From Mobula birostris (Eukaryota): 64,000 bases of DNA. The notes under the pieces are model-generated. The model was not told the DNA's origin. It worked only from the letters and a program-made list of their open reading frames with translations, and made no database searches. The stretch spans positions 165,037,358-165,101,357 of the forward strand of contig NC_092371.1 of the NCBI RefSeq assembly GCF_030028105.1, given 5' to 3'. The position numbers and the translations under genes were made by a program. This document shows, one piece after another, positions 12,810-23,909 of this stretch (its first letter is position 1; each line of letters opens with the position of its first letter).

Positions 12810-13090
12810 TTTATTTAGCGATACAGCACAGAGTAGGCCCTCCTGGCCCTTACAGCCACATCGTCCCAGCAACCCTATCAACTCTAACCTAATCATGGAA
12901 CAATTTACAATGACCAATTAACCTAGCCAGTATGTCCTTGGACTGTAGGAGGAAACCAGAGCACCTAGAGGAAACCCACACATTCCACGGGGAGGACGTA
13001 CAGACTCCTTAGAGACAGCGCTGGAAATGAACTCCGAAACACATCAAGCTATAAAAGCATCGCACTAACTGCTTCACTCCCCTGGTGTCA
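12810..13090 (-). mobile_element. tRNA-derived V-SINE (HE1-like) with CR1-type tail
   Basis: Reverse complement has the V-domain gtgtgggtttcctctaggtgctctggtttcctcctacagtcc; close sister copy at 15510-15790. Confidence 0.75.
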
Positions 13091-13349
13091 GATCCACTAA
13101 CTTTTGGCATATTAAATGCCCTCCGTGGTTGCTGAGAGAGAATTGAATCGGCTCACTTCATGATTCTGGGAATAGCTGAAGGTGATAAGTGGATTTGTTA
13201 TGCTTGATCTTTTCTGTCTACACAGGTTGATCATTTTACAGACGGCCATTGGATCTCTGTAGCTGTTCTGAATTCCAATGGTTTAATCAAATATCTTGGA
13301 CTCAGCCACTACTGGACAGAACCAGCGACACAAGACTTGTGGGATCCTG

Positions 13350-15450
13350 CGATGTTCAAAATGGTCAACAGCAGGTGCCATTTTGTTGGCTCTTCACTCA
13401 GTTCTGGAACACCTGTTCACTGAAGATGCACCAGTCAAGATGCTGTTCATTGACTACAGCTCCACAATCAACACTAACATCCCATCAAAACTCATCACTA
13501 AGCTCCAAGACCTGGCCCTCGGTACCTCCTTATGCAAGTGGATCCTCGGTTTTCTCACTAGCAGACCCCAGTTAGTATGGATTGGCAACAATATCTTCTC
13601 CACTCATACCACTAACACAGTTGCACCACAGGGCTGTGTGCTAGCCCCTAGCTTTACTCACTTCATACTTGCGATTGTACATCTAACTACAGCTCCAATG
13701 CCATTTTTAAGTTTTCTGATAATACTGCTGTTGTTGACTACTCCTTTGCTTGCTTCTTCAGAAACAGCTCTATTTCTATCTTTAATATCTCTGTTTTCCC
13801 TTTCAGGGTTCTTTTGAAGACTCTGACCTGGAGTTATACGCAGACTTTAGTTCTTTGCGGGAATGGGACCCACTTTCAGGGTCTCACAACAGGCCACTAT
13901 TCGATTTGCCAAGGATGCAGCCTAGAATATTAGTGCGTCTGTGGGGTTCCGGGATTTCATAGCTCTGGAGATGGTCAGACTGGAGGTCAGTGTCGCCGCA
14001 GGAAATTGGTGTGTTGTGGGAGACTAAGATCGAAAGCAGCAAGCTGGCTGCTGGCTATGTGCCCACAGACCCGAGTTCTTTGGGCACAGAGCTCGGAAGA
14101 AGCGATGCTACAGACTTTTAACATCGTTAATCAGCGAGTTGTTTGTTAAGTCTCCACTCTCGCTGTGAAATGGGGACACCTCTTTTTCCCTTATCAGGGA
14201 GAGAGAGAGAGAGAGAGCCTGTGGTATGTTGAATACTGGGTGAACAAGTAGTCTTTGGGGTACTACAAGTCTGTGTCTTTATTGATGCTTTGCTGCCACT
14301 TGAGTGCTTGGTGGGGGGCACTGATGCTTTCTTTTGCTGGTGGGGGAAAGGGGGTTGTTGCTTTGCTGCAGCTTATGCAAGGAGGGGGGGAGATGGGTGG
14401 GGGCCTTTGGGGTTCTAACATTTAATTGTTATTCATTCTTTGGGACACTCCTGTTTCCGTGGATGTTTGCGAAGAAAAGGAATTTCAGGATGTATATTCT
14501 ATACATTTCTCTGAAATTAAATGTATCTTTGAAACCTTTGAATCAAAGGTGAAAATGAATCAGCATATAGGAGTGAGAATGATTTCAGTGGTCCCACAAC
14601 AACCACCTCTCATTCAACATCAGTGAAACCAAAGAGCTAATCGTCATCTACAAGAGGGATAAGCCAGAGGTCCATAAGCCAGTTCTCATTAGGGGAACAG
14701 AGGTGGAGAAGGTCAAGAGAATTGAATTCCTTGATCTTAATGTGTCAGAGGATCTGTCCTAGGATCAGCACATAAGTGTCATCAGAAAGAAAGTATGACA
14801 GAGCCTAGACATTCTGAGAAGATTCCATAGCCTATTACCAAAAACTTTGACAAACCTCTACAGATGCTCAGTAGAGAGTATCCAAACTGATTGCAACATG
14901 GCCTGGTATGAAAACACCAGTGCCCGAGATCATAAAAGGATACAAAATGAGGTGAATACAACCCAGTCAGTCACAGGCAAAGCCCTACCCGCCACTGAGG
15001 ACACACCCAAGGTGCACTGCCACAAGAAAGCAGCATCGAATATCAAGGACCTTCACCATCCAGGTCAAGATCTCTTTTTGCTGCTGTCATCAGGAAGGAG
15101 AAACAAGAGCCTTAGGACCCACACCACAAGGCTCTGGAACAGTATTTACCCTAGAGCCATCAGGCTCCTGTACCGGCATAGATAACCACATTTACCACTA
15201 TTCCAAACTGATTCTACGATATACAGACTCACTTTCAAGGACTCTTTAAAACTCATGTTCTCAGTATTATTTTTATTTGCAGCTTGTCTTCTTTTGCACA
15301 TCATCTGTCAGTTTTTGTCTCTTTATGCGGTTTTTGATGAAATTCTATATTTTTTCTTTTTCCCTGTAAATGCTTGCATGAAAGTGAATATCAAGGTTGT
15401 ATATGGTAACGTACACATTGTACTTCGATAATAAATTCACCCTGAACTGT
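13350..15450 (+). mobile_element. Rex1/Babar-type LINE RT remnant, split by an ~800-bp insertion
   Basis: ALHSVLEHL..MLFIDYSS..IPSKLITKL..LCKWILGFLTSRPQ..APQGCVL (13296-13817) and NLYRCSVESI..AWY (14847-15185); tail gataataaattcaccctgaact. Confidence 0.85.
13737..14542 (+). mobile_element. ~800-bp non-coding retroposon (second copy 43468-44258, minus strand)
   Basis: Collinear with the reverse complement of 43468-44258 from ctcctttgcttgc to gaatttcaggatgtatatt..attaaatgta. Confidence 0.8.
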
Positions 15451-15509
15451 GGTTTCAATTTCTAGTAACTGCAATCTGGTCAAAATGTTTCATGAACTTT
15501 AAAGCATTT

Positions 15510-15790
15510 ATTTATTTATTGAGCTGAAGCATGAAATAGGCCCTTCTAGCTGCGATGCCCAGCAACACCTGATTTAAACCTAACCAAATCATGGGACAAT
15601 TTATATTGACCAATTAACCTACTAACCGGTATATCTTTGGACTGTAGGAGGAAACTGAAGCACCTGGAGAAAATCCACATGCTCCACGGGGAGAACATAC
15701 AGAATCCTTACAGATAATGTTGGAACTCCAGACTCCAGTACACTGAGCTGTAATAGCTTTGCACTAACTGCTATGCTACTGTGGCACCCC
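15510..15790 (-). mobile_element. V-SINE (HE1-like) copy
   Basis: Same layout as 12810-13090 (caattaacct..ttggactgtaggaggaaac..gcacctggagaaaatccac). Confidence 0.75.
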
Positions 15791-16001
15791 ATTCGGAGAT
15801 CCTCACGTTGGGATGACTGTCACTTAAATACAAACCTTCCTTCCTTTGGTAAGGTAAACGCCACAAATACTGTTTCTAATCTCCTGCCCAATAAAACAGG
15901 CAACAGATAACAGACAGTGTCTGCCATTTCTATTTACAGTAGCTCATATTTATAAAGTTTTCATTGTTACTCTGCTGTAAGATAACTTAGGGTGCACTTA
16001 C

Positions 16002-16107
16002 TAGGGCAGGTCACCTTTTCCTTGGGCTTGATTTCACTTTTCTTCTCACTTGTTCTACAGGAGGTGTGAGGCAGTGAAGGTGGGATGTAGTAGTTTGTCG
16101 ATTTTCC
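16002..16107 (-). CDS. SHPRH: SHPRH coding exon 6
   Basis: ttattgctag|GGAAAA...TGCCCTA|gtaagt; GKSTNYYIPP..KPKEKVTCP resembles SHPRH GKVVNYFIP..PKEKVQCP; 106 nt, phase 0 to 1. Confidence 0.88.
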
Positions 16108-16749
16108 CTAGCAATAAAAGAACATGATCAATGAGCTCATCTAAATGATGACACCTTCGTATTTTAACTTTTAAACTTTACTCACAAAGTAGGATGGAGT
16201 TGTCCAAATTTCCCTACTGTACTCTAAAAGGGAACATTGTTAGGGAATGATATTATCCCTTACAGCAAGGCTAACTCAACAGTAAATCCACAACTGGATT
16301 TTCAGAGTGAAGCAAAACAGCCAATTCAGGAACACTTCTTCTTGCCCACCATCATAATTCTGAATGATCCAAGCACCTACAAACACTACCATTTCTTGTA
16401 CTATGTACTCACTTTGGTAATTTATAGATTTTTTAAAGTCTTGCACAGTACTGCTTTCACATTATATGTCAGTGATAATAAATCTGATTCTAATATGTGG
16501 CATAAATGAATGATTGCAAGAGATGTATAGCCAGATGTGCAGTTTAAGTTGGCATTATAGTCAGCACAGACATTATAGACTAAAGGGCTCAAAATGTCTG
16601 GGCTAGTCATGTTAATGTGCAGTTCTATTCTACATTCTAATCTCCTAAGAAAGAAGGCTATTTTAGCTCTACAAATTACAAAGTAAATGCTAATCCACTG
16701 CTTCACAACCAAACCCTTCCCATAAATGCTGGTGTATCCTGATGTAGCC

Positions 16750-17095
16750 CACTTTGGTCCCTTAGAGAGAATGGATGTGGAGAAGATGGTTCCCACAGTG
16801 GGAGAGTCTAGAACTAAAGGGAACAGCCTCAGAATAGAGGGACATCCATTTAGAATAGATGAGAGATGCGGAGAAATTTTGGTGATGAACCTGTGGAATT
16901 CATGTCACAGATGGCTGTGGAGGCCAAGTTAAAGCAGAGGCTGATAGGTCCTGGATTAGACAGGACATCAAAGGTTATGGGGAGAAAGTGGGAGAATGGG
17001 GTTGAGAGGGATAATAAATCAGACGTGATAGAATGGTGCAGCAGACTCGATAGGCCGAGTGGTCAATTCTGCTCCTATGTCTTATGGTCTTCTAA
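16750..17095 (+). mobile_element. CR1 3' end fragment
   Basis: DVEKMVPTVGESRTKGNSLRIEG..VMNLWNS; tail tctgctcctatgtcttatggtct. Confidence 0.8.
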
Positions 17096-17185
17096 GTATC
17101 TGCCTCTGGCAAATGCCCAAGCACAGCCTTAGGAAAGGAGTGCCCAGGTGGCACATTTCAAACACAAAAGCTTGCAACATCCAGA

Positions 17186-17405
17186 ACATAAGAGATTCTG
17201 CAGATGCTGAAAATCCAGGTAACACACACAAAATGCTGGCAGAACTCAGCAGGTCAGGCAGCATCTATGGAATGAAATAAGGAGTCTCCAATTTGGAGAC
17301 AAGAGTCTTCAAAAGGATCTCGGCCCGAAATGTCTACTCTTTATTCTTCTCTATAGATGCTGCCTGACCTGCTGAGTTCCTCCAGCATTTTGTGTTTGTC
17401 ACAAC
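17186..17405. repeat. Fold-back (inverted) pair of Penelope pLTR ends centred on a hammerhead motif
   Basis: 17226-17268 is the reverse complement of 17353-17395 at 41/43 nt; aggatctcggcccgaaatgtc lies in the spacer. Confidence 0.88.
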
Positions 17406-17795
17406 AGCCAGTCTATTACTATCATGGGCTTGTATCTCAGTCATAAATGAATTCTGATACAGTGAGGCTCACCATTCTGTCACTCTAATGACCAATTTAG
17501 GATGTATCAAGATTTCCACAAATTGCTGTTTCAATAAAATTCTTTTTAGTCTGTATTCCCCCAGTGCGTTACTTTTCCCTGATCCCACAGTTACTACAGA
17601 ACTTCACAAAATCACACTAACCTTTCAATGTAAATAGTAAATAGATAACTGCCTCAGCACTGCCAGCCCTGGTCAGACATTCACCTGCAGCTTGCTTGTT
17701 GTAGCATGCTGGAGTCTAATCTTTAACTACTGCAAACCCCAGCTCAATCCCAGATGATGAACACACCCAGAGTAAGTTTAAATGCTGGACTGTAC

Positions 17796-17946
17796 CTCTG
17801 GGAATGATAATGTGTCTTCCTTCAAATCTTTACGCTTGTGGGTCAGGATTAGTGCCAGCATCTCCACAGTTTTTCCTAGACCCATCTCGTCTGCAAGGAT
17901 TCCACCAGGCCAGTCAGCACTTGATAGAGGGCAGTCACGGATAATG
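17796..17946 (-). CDS. SHPRH: SHPRH coding exon 5 (SNF2 Walker A)
   Basis: gtttctag|CATTATC...CCAGAG|gtacag; [21 protein letters not shown]; 151 nt, phase 2 to 0. Confidence 0.95.
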
Positions 17947-19044
17947 CTAGAAACATTTTGAGAGTATAAGTTAGCATGTGGAAAATACAGCACTTCTGTA
18001 ATCATAGTAAAATCAAATGATGTTCAAAGGCAAGAGTCAAAGGTTAAGGTCAATACTGTCAGAAGCACTGTATCATGTAGTAAAGAACATATGATCCTAC
18101 TTCTTATAATGTTAAGTTTAACTCGGTCAGTACCTTAGGGCAACAGATTCTAATTGCAATTAATACAGAGTCAGAGCTTACTTAGAAATTAACCTGGGTG
18201 TGAATTGAAAATTGCATTTGGATTCAGTTGTGCTCTTCTGTTTTAGGCTGTCCTCATTTATGATAATTAGACTTTGTTGTCATAGAGCATTACAGCATGG
18301 AAACAGGCTCTTCAGCCCATCTACTCGGTGCCAAACTATTATTCTGCTGAGTCCCATTGAGTTGTCTTTAAAGAACATCTCTGGTTAAGTTTAATTAGCA
18401 GTATCATGCATCCCTCTGAGATTAATTAGATTCAAAAAGACAAACAAGAGTCCTGACAAAAGGATATTCACTGAGATGAGCAACACCCACCCTGCTTACA
18501 ATTAGTTCTTTCTCAATTTTGTTACCAGATTAGTACTGAGTTACAAAATAAAATACAGGAGCAGCAATAGCAATAATTGAGCAATGTCACTGAAAGTCCA
18601 GATAGATGAGAATACAAACTGTTAATAAACTAAGAAAATGATGAAGTTAAAGACAGTGAGAGAGGAAGTAAAACAGAGAAGAATGGAAAAGAGGATACAT
18701 ATTGAGCCTCTCAGATCCCCAGAGTGTTCCCAAAGTGCTTTAAAGTTTATAAAGTTCTCATCAGAAACTTATTAGTCAGCCTGGATTAGGTGCTTGGGTT
18801 TCTGGATGGAGAATACAAGAAAACCAGAGGTACCGTATAATATTGAGTAAAGCTATCACAGAAGGCATTAAGAAGTAAGACGCAGTGAAACCCCATCTAA
18901 ATCTAAACTCTAAACAGTAACAACGTTCACAGAAGAACCCTGGACACATCAAACGTCTGCAATCCTATTTGCATTCCAGAGAAACCAAATTTAGCTTCAG
19001 CACCATATCAAAAGGAAATACCAGGCAGTAAAATATATACCCAC

Positions 19045-19123
19045 CAGCCAGTGTAGGGGTTGTAATATAATTTCTTCTCATCTTTAGTGGTGATTTCTTT
19101 CCATAACAAGTGAAGGGACATTT
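19045..19123 (-). CDS. SHPRH: SHPRH coding exon 4
   Basis: caatgcag|AAATGTCC...GGCTG|gtgggt; SLHLLWKEI..KLYYNPYTG; 79 nt, phase 1 to 2. Confidence 0.92.
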
Positions 19124-19539
19124 CTGCATTGAAACAATTGAATATTTTTAATTCACATTATTATACTGGCTTTCAAGATAGAGTTGAATGGCAAAAATGA
19201 GTACGAAAATACAAAGAAGGCGTTAGAACTCATGCACTTCCACCAATGTATTTGGAAAATCACATATTTAACGTTCCTATATTAAGCCTGTAATCCTATA
19301 CAATGCATTTCCTCAGGCACGTGGAATACTGTATCTTCTGCTCACTCATTTGTTAGTGTTGAATGTACTTTTGAATGTAATACAAAAAAGATAAGGCAGT
19401 CAGTCAATAGACGTTGACAAATTTTCCAGCATTGTAGTTCCTATTTGTGTGACAACAGACATTAAGGGCTTCAGTTTAGGCTGAATTGGAGTCCCAACCA
19501 CATGCTGCAGCTTCATGAGCATACCACCATCCTTAGGTG

Positions 19540-19880
19540 GTGTCAAAACCTAGTTTTGTATCTTCTCCCCCTGCCATCGGGCAAAAGATACAAAAGCCTG
19601 AAAGCACATACCAGCAGGCTCAAGGACAGCTTCTATCCCTCTGTTAAAAGACTGATTAGTACTGAGGTTCCCTGGTACGACAAGAAGGACTCCTATCCTC
19701 ATGATTTACCTCAGTTATGACATTGCACCTTACTGTCTACACTTTCTCTGTAACTGTTACACTTTATTCTGCATTCTGTTATTGTTTTACCTTGTAAAGT
19801 TGTAATGAACTGTAAAATGTATGAACGGTATGCAAGACAAGTTTTTCGCCTCAGTACATGTGACATTAATAAACCAATTT
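19540..19880 (+). mobile_element. Rex/Babar-type LINE 3' fragment
   Basis: LPSGKRYKSLKAHTSRLKDSFYPSVKRL motif, then tail ..gtacatgtgacattaataaac. Confidence 0.75.
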
Positions 19881-19977
19881 ATTTATCAAGAAGGAACTTT
19901 GTTCTTCATAGTACCTGAAAAAAGATTTGCCTTCAGTAATAAAACTATCTTTCTAAGAGCTTCCAGTTCAAACTTAC

Positions 19978-20193
19978 GGTCAGAGGGAGGATCAACGTTA
20001 TAATGTTCTTTCTGAAGCATCCAATTGACAGCCTGACACTGGTATGGTCTGAGTGTTGGAACAAGCAGAGAGTGCTGGACCTTCTCATTGCGGAGGACTT
20101 CCTGTTGATGCGCATGGCGTACAAAGTCATATAGTTCTTCTATATTCTCCCTTTCTAACTCTTTATTTGCTTCTTCAATGATGTTTGATACAT
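19978..20193 (-). CDS. SHPRH: SHPRH coding exon 3 (Q motif)
   Basis: taatctag|ATGTATC...TCTGACC|gtaagt; IEELYDFV..VQHSLLVPTLRPYQCQAVNWMLQKE; 216 nt, phase 1 to 1. Confidence 0.93.
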
Positions 20194-20599
20194 CTAGATT
20201 AAAGGTATAGAAAAAAATATTTTTGGTTAAGCATTGTTTAAAAAATGCCTAGCACACATAAAAATAAACATAGGTTTCATGTTTTAAAAACCTACCATGA
20301 CTTTCAGGCATTTTAGGGAATATCAGTTCATATTATTTCTTCAATGGCTCTCTTAAGAAGAATTGTAAGCATACATTTGGAATTAGGCTAACTGATATTG
20401 ATATTGAACAGCAATCTAAGTTAAACATTCATGCAATGATGTAAAACTGACCTCAAGATTGCACTCTGGAAGAATGGAAGATATAAAAGCAACAAAGATG
20501 TGGAATTCTCCACAATTAAGGAAATGATGCTGAAAAAGCACCACATAGACCTTCTGTTGGGATGTCTGGATAATCATTGTTAAAGTAACCTTTCTCAGT

Positions 20600-20830
20600 A
20601 GTAGCACATTCATCTGAATTTGTGGGTTCAAATCCTGTTTGAGAGCTATGTGTGCTTATCTCTAGGCTTACACTTCTAGTGCAGCTGGCGTGTGGCATTT
20701 TGAATGAAATATTACATAATGAACTGGCTTTGCATCTAAGATACACATAAAATATTATTTGGCACTACTCAAAGAATAGCAGGAACATTAGTCTGTAAAT
20801 ACCATATTTGCCCGTCAACCAACAATAAAA
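20600..20830 (+). mobile_element. Ancient DeuSINE-like (SacSINE1/AmnSINE-related) element
   Basis: tgtgggttcaaatcc (B box), ctaggcttacacttctagtgcag, ggcactactcaaagaatagcagg, atttgcccgtcaaccaac resemble the recalled Deu-domain SINE consensus; decayed. Confidence 0.55.
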
Positions 20831-21182
20831 CATAGTAAACCAAAATAAAGTGGATGGTGAAAACGCAAAATAAAACAGAAAATGCTGGAGTTACTCAGCA
20901 CTTCAGACTGCATCATTATTGTTTCATATCACCGAGCCAAGTTAGAGATAAAATATGTTCCTAATTGCAGAATGATGGGGAAAGAGCTAAAGGCAAGTTC
21001 AGTGATAAGGTGAAAAGAAGGTGAGTTTAATAACTAGGGAAAATTTGCAAGAAAAATGTGTTGTTAATGGTATAAATAAACACGGGCAAGTGTAGAAGAA
21101 AACATGAATAGGTGTAATCAATATCGGGAACTATCGAACCAAATGTTAAGTCTAGAGGGCAGTAATGTGTCAAGCCCATAGA

Positions 21183-22446
21183 CAGCAACACACATAAAAG
21201 TTGCTGGTGAACGCAGCAGGCCAGGCAGCATCTCTAGGAAGAGGTACGGTCGACGTTTCAGGCCGAGACCCTTCGTCAGGACTAACTGAAGGAAGAGTGA
21301 GTAAGAGATTTGAAGTGGGAGGGGGAGCGGGAGATCCAAAATGATAGGGGAGGTCCGGGAAGAAAGACAAGGGGGGGGGACCCAGAGGATGGGCAAGGGG
21401 TATATTCAGAGGGACAGAGGGAGAAAAAGGAGAGTGAAAGAAAGAATGTGTGTATAAAAATAAGTAACAGATGGGGTACGAGGGGGAGGTGGGGCATTAG
21501 CGCAAGTTAGAGAAGTCGATGTTCATGCCATCAGGTTGGAGGCTACCCAGACGGAATATAAGGTGTTGTTCCTCCAACCTGAGTGTGGCTTCATCTTTAC
21601 AGTAGAGGAGGTTGTGGATAGACATGTCAGAATGGGAATGGGATGTGGAATTAAAATGTGTGGCCACTGGGAGATCCTGCTTTCTCTGGCAGACAGAGCG
21701 TAGATGCTCAGCAAAGCAGTCTCCCAGTCTGCGTCGGGTCTCGCCAATATATAAAAGGCCACATCGGGAGCACCGGATGCAGTATATCACCCCAGCCGAC
21801 TCACAGGTGAAGTGTTGCCTCACCTGGAAGGACTGTTTGGGGCCCTGTATGGTGGTAGGGGAGGAAGTGTAAGGGCATATGTAGCACTTGTTCTGCTTAC
21901 ACGGATAAGTGCCAGGAGGGAGATCAGTGGGGAGGGATGGGGGAGACGAATTGACAAGGGAGTTGCGTAGGGAGTGATCCCTGCAGAATGCAGAGAGAGG
22001 CGGGGAGGGAAAGATGTGCTTAGTGGTGGGATCCCGTTGGAGGTGGCGGAAGTTACGGAGAATAATATGTTGGACCCGGAGGCTGGTGGGGTGGTAGGTG
22101 AGGACCTGGGGAACCCTATCCCTAGCGGGGTGGCGGGAGGATGGAGTGAGAGCAGATGTACGTGAAATGGGGGAGATGCGTTTAAGAGCAGAGTTGATAG
22201 TGGAGGAAGGGAAGCCCCTTTCTTTAAAAAAGGAAGACATCTCCCTCGTCCTAGAATGAAAAGCCTCATCCTGAGAGCAGATGCGGCGGAGACGGAGGAA
22301 TTGCGAGAAGGGGATGGCGTTTTTGCAAGAGACAGGGTGAGAAGAGGAATAGTCCAGATAGCTGTGAGAGCCAATAGGCTTATAGTAGACATCAGTGGAT
22401 AAGCTGTCTCCAGAGACAGAGACAGAAAGATCTCGAAAGGGGAGGG
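21183..22446 (-). mobile_element. Young 5'-truncated Neptune-type Penelope-like retroelement (RT thumb, CxxxxCxxC linker, GIY-YIG endonuclease, pLTR)
   Basis: Uninterrupted ORF 21497-22453 with TDVYYKP..SYLDYSSSHP, PCKQNKCYIC, VIYCIRCSRCGLLYIGET; perfect 10-bp TSD agcccataga at 21173-21182 and 22447-22456. Confidence 0.93.
21247..21284 (-). ncRNA. Minimal type-I hammerhead ribozyme motif in the Penelope pLTR
   Basis: Minus strand: tagtc CTGACGA agggtctcggcct GAAA cgTC gaccg; intact CUGANGA/GAAA core, stem II, GUC triplet, stem I gtc/gac; activity untested. Confidence 0.75.
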
Positions 22447-23244
22447 AGCCCATAGAGAAGCATCTTAGGAGTGAGACAAAGAATTATACTCATAGGAACC
22501 CAATAATAGACTTACAGATTGAACAAATGTGTTCCCCAAAAGTAGTCACCCAATGTGCATTTTGTCTGTTTGAGAAATACAGAAAGATAGTTCCAAGTTT
22601 CAATTAACTTGCAAGTCAGCAGTGCTTGTTGCTGACAGTAAAACTGTAAGCGCATAAGACTGTTAGGTGACTCAGGGACAAAAAGTGTCCCGTCTTTAAG
22701 CTTGGCATCAGCCAAGGATTCAAAGCTTTTTTTGGTATGTGTCTGGATCAGGAAAATTATATAGAAACTTGCATTCTGAAGGGCAGCCTATTTTGTAATT
22801 AAATAGAAAGATAGTATTTAACATGGAATCACTGATAAACTTACTCCTTTCAACCTACTTCCCATTCCCCTACTCTTTTGCTTCTATCTGTTTCTCACCC
22901 CAACCCCCACCACCATGCTCTCCCTCCTATCTTCAGTGGTTCTCAGCAGTTTAATGCTGGCAAGTGACAGGTGACTAGGCCCCTCGCAACACAGCCAGTT
23001 ATTAAAGACAACCACTGCGAGTGGTAATACATTCTTTAAGACATGAGAGCAACAACAAACAAGCTTCCCTAGCTGTTCCACCAGGCCTGGTGGAAAATTT
23101 ACTGCATGTATATTTTTATTCATTTTGTGTTTGTGGGAGCCAGCAGGAAGTATTTTTTTTTCCCCAAATGGGATTGAACTTTGACTAGGTTGGGTAAAAT
23201 CATCAGATAAATAAAGTGTAACCAGAAGAGATTCTGCAAATGTC

Positions 23245-23376
23245 AGAATTTTTGAGCAACACCCAAAAATGCTAGAGGAACTCTGCAAGTCTTGGCCCAA
23301 AACTTTGAATGTTTATTGCACTCCATAGATGCTGCCAAACTTTCTGAGTTCCTCCAGTATCTTTTGTGTGTTGCTA
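23245..23376. repeat. Degenerate fold-back of Penelope pLTR ends
   Basis: gcaacacccaaaaatgctagaggaactc ... gagttcctccagtatcttttgtgtgttgc in inverted orientation. Confidence 0.65.
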
Positions 23377-23779
23377 GAGAAGTAAGTAAAGTGATCTTTT
23401 TCAATGTCATATAGCACAGTCTACTTCCCACTTTAATAATGGAAATCCATACGGATAAGGGAGATCAGAGTTTTGTGAATGGTTTTATGTTAATCCAAGC
23501 TTTCTTTTTTCATCGTTCTATGCACATCATGTTAATGGCTCCATAATGAAATCAGCAATGAAGAAATTAGTATTGGAAAAAAGTAAATGATGGAAGTTAT
23601 ATACAAACTAATCTGAGATTAACAGCTCTGATAAAGGTAATTGACTTTAAACATTAACTCTTGTTCCTCTCTCTGGGGATGCTACCTGACCTACTGAGTA
23701 TTCACAGCATCTATACATTGCTTTATAATGGTTCTCAAGCTGCCCTGTTTCCATTTTCCTTTTACAATGAACATTATAC

Positions 23780-23909
23780 CTGGAGCAGCTATGTCATAAA
23801 AGTATTCCATGAGTTTCTGAATCAATGTATTTGCCTTTTTCATTCTCCAACTTCCTTCACTCAGGTATTCTGGCTTTCCCAAACCAGACTCAAGTAGATA
23901 TATAGCAAC
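23780..23909 (-). CDS. SHPRH: SHPRH coding exon 2
   Basis: ctctgtag|GTTGCT...GCTCCAG|gtataa; VAIYLLESGLGKPEYLSEGSWRMKKANTLIQKLMEYF; 130 nt, phase 0 to 1. Confidence 0.92.

Noticed and set aside
21820-22392. 190-aa alternative-frame ORF in the Penelope element
   Set aside because: Ser/Pro/Leu-rich shadow frame of a C-rich coding strand
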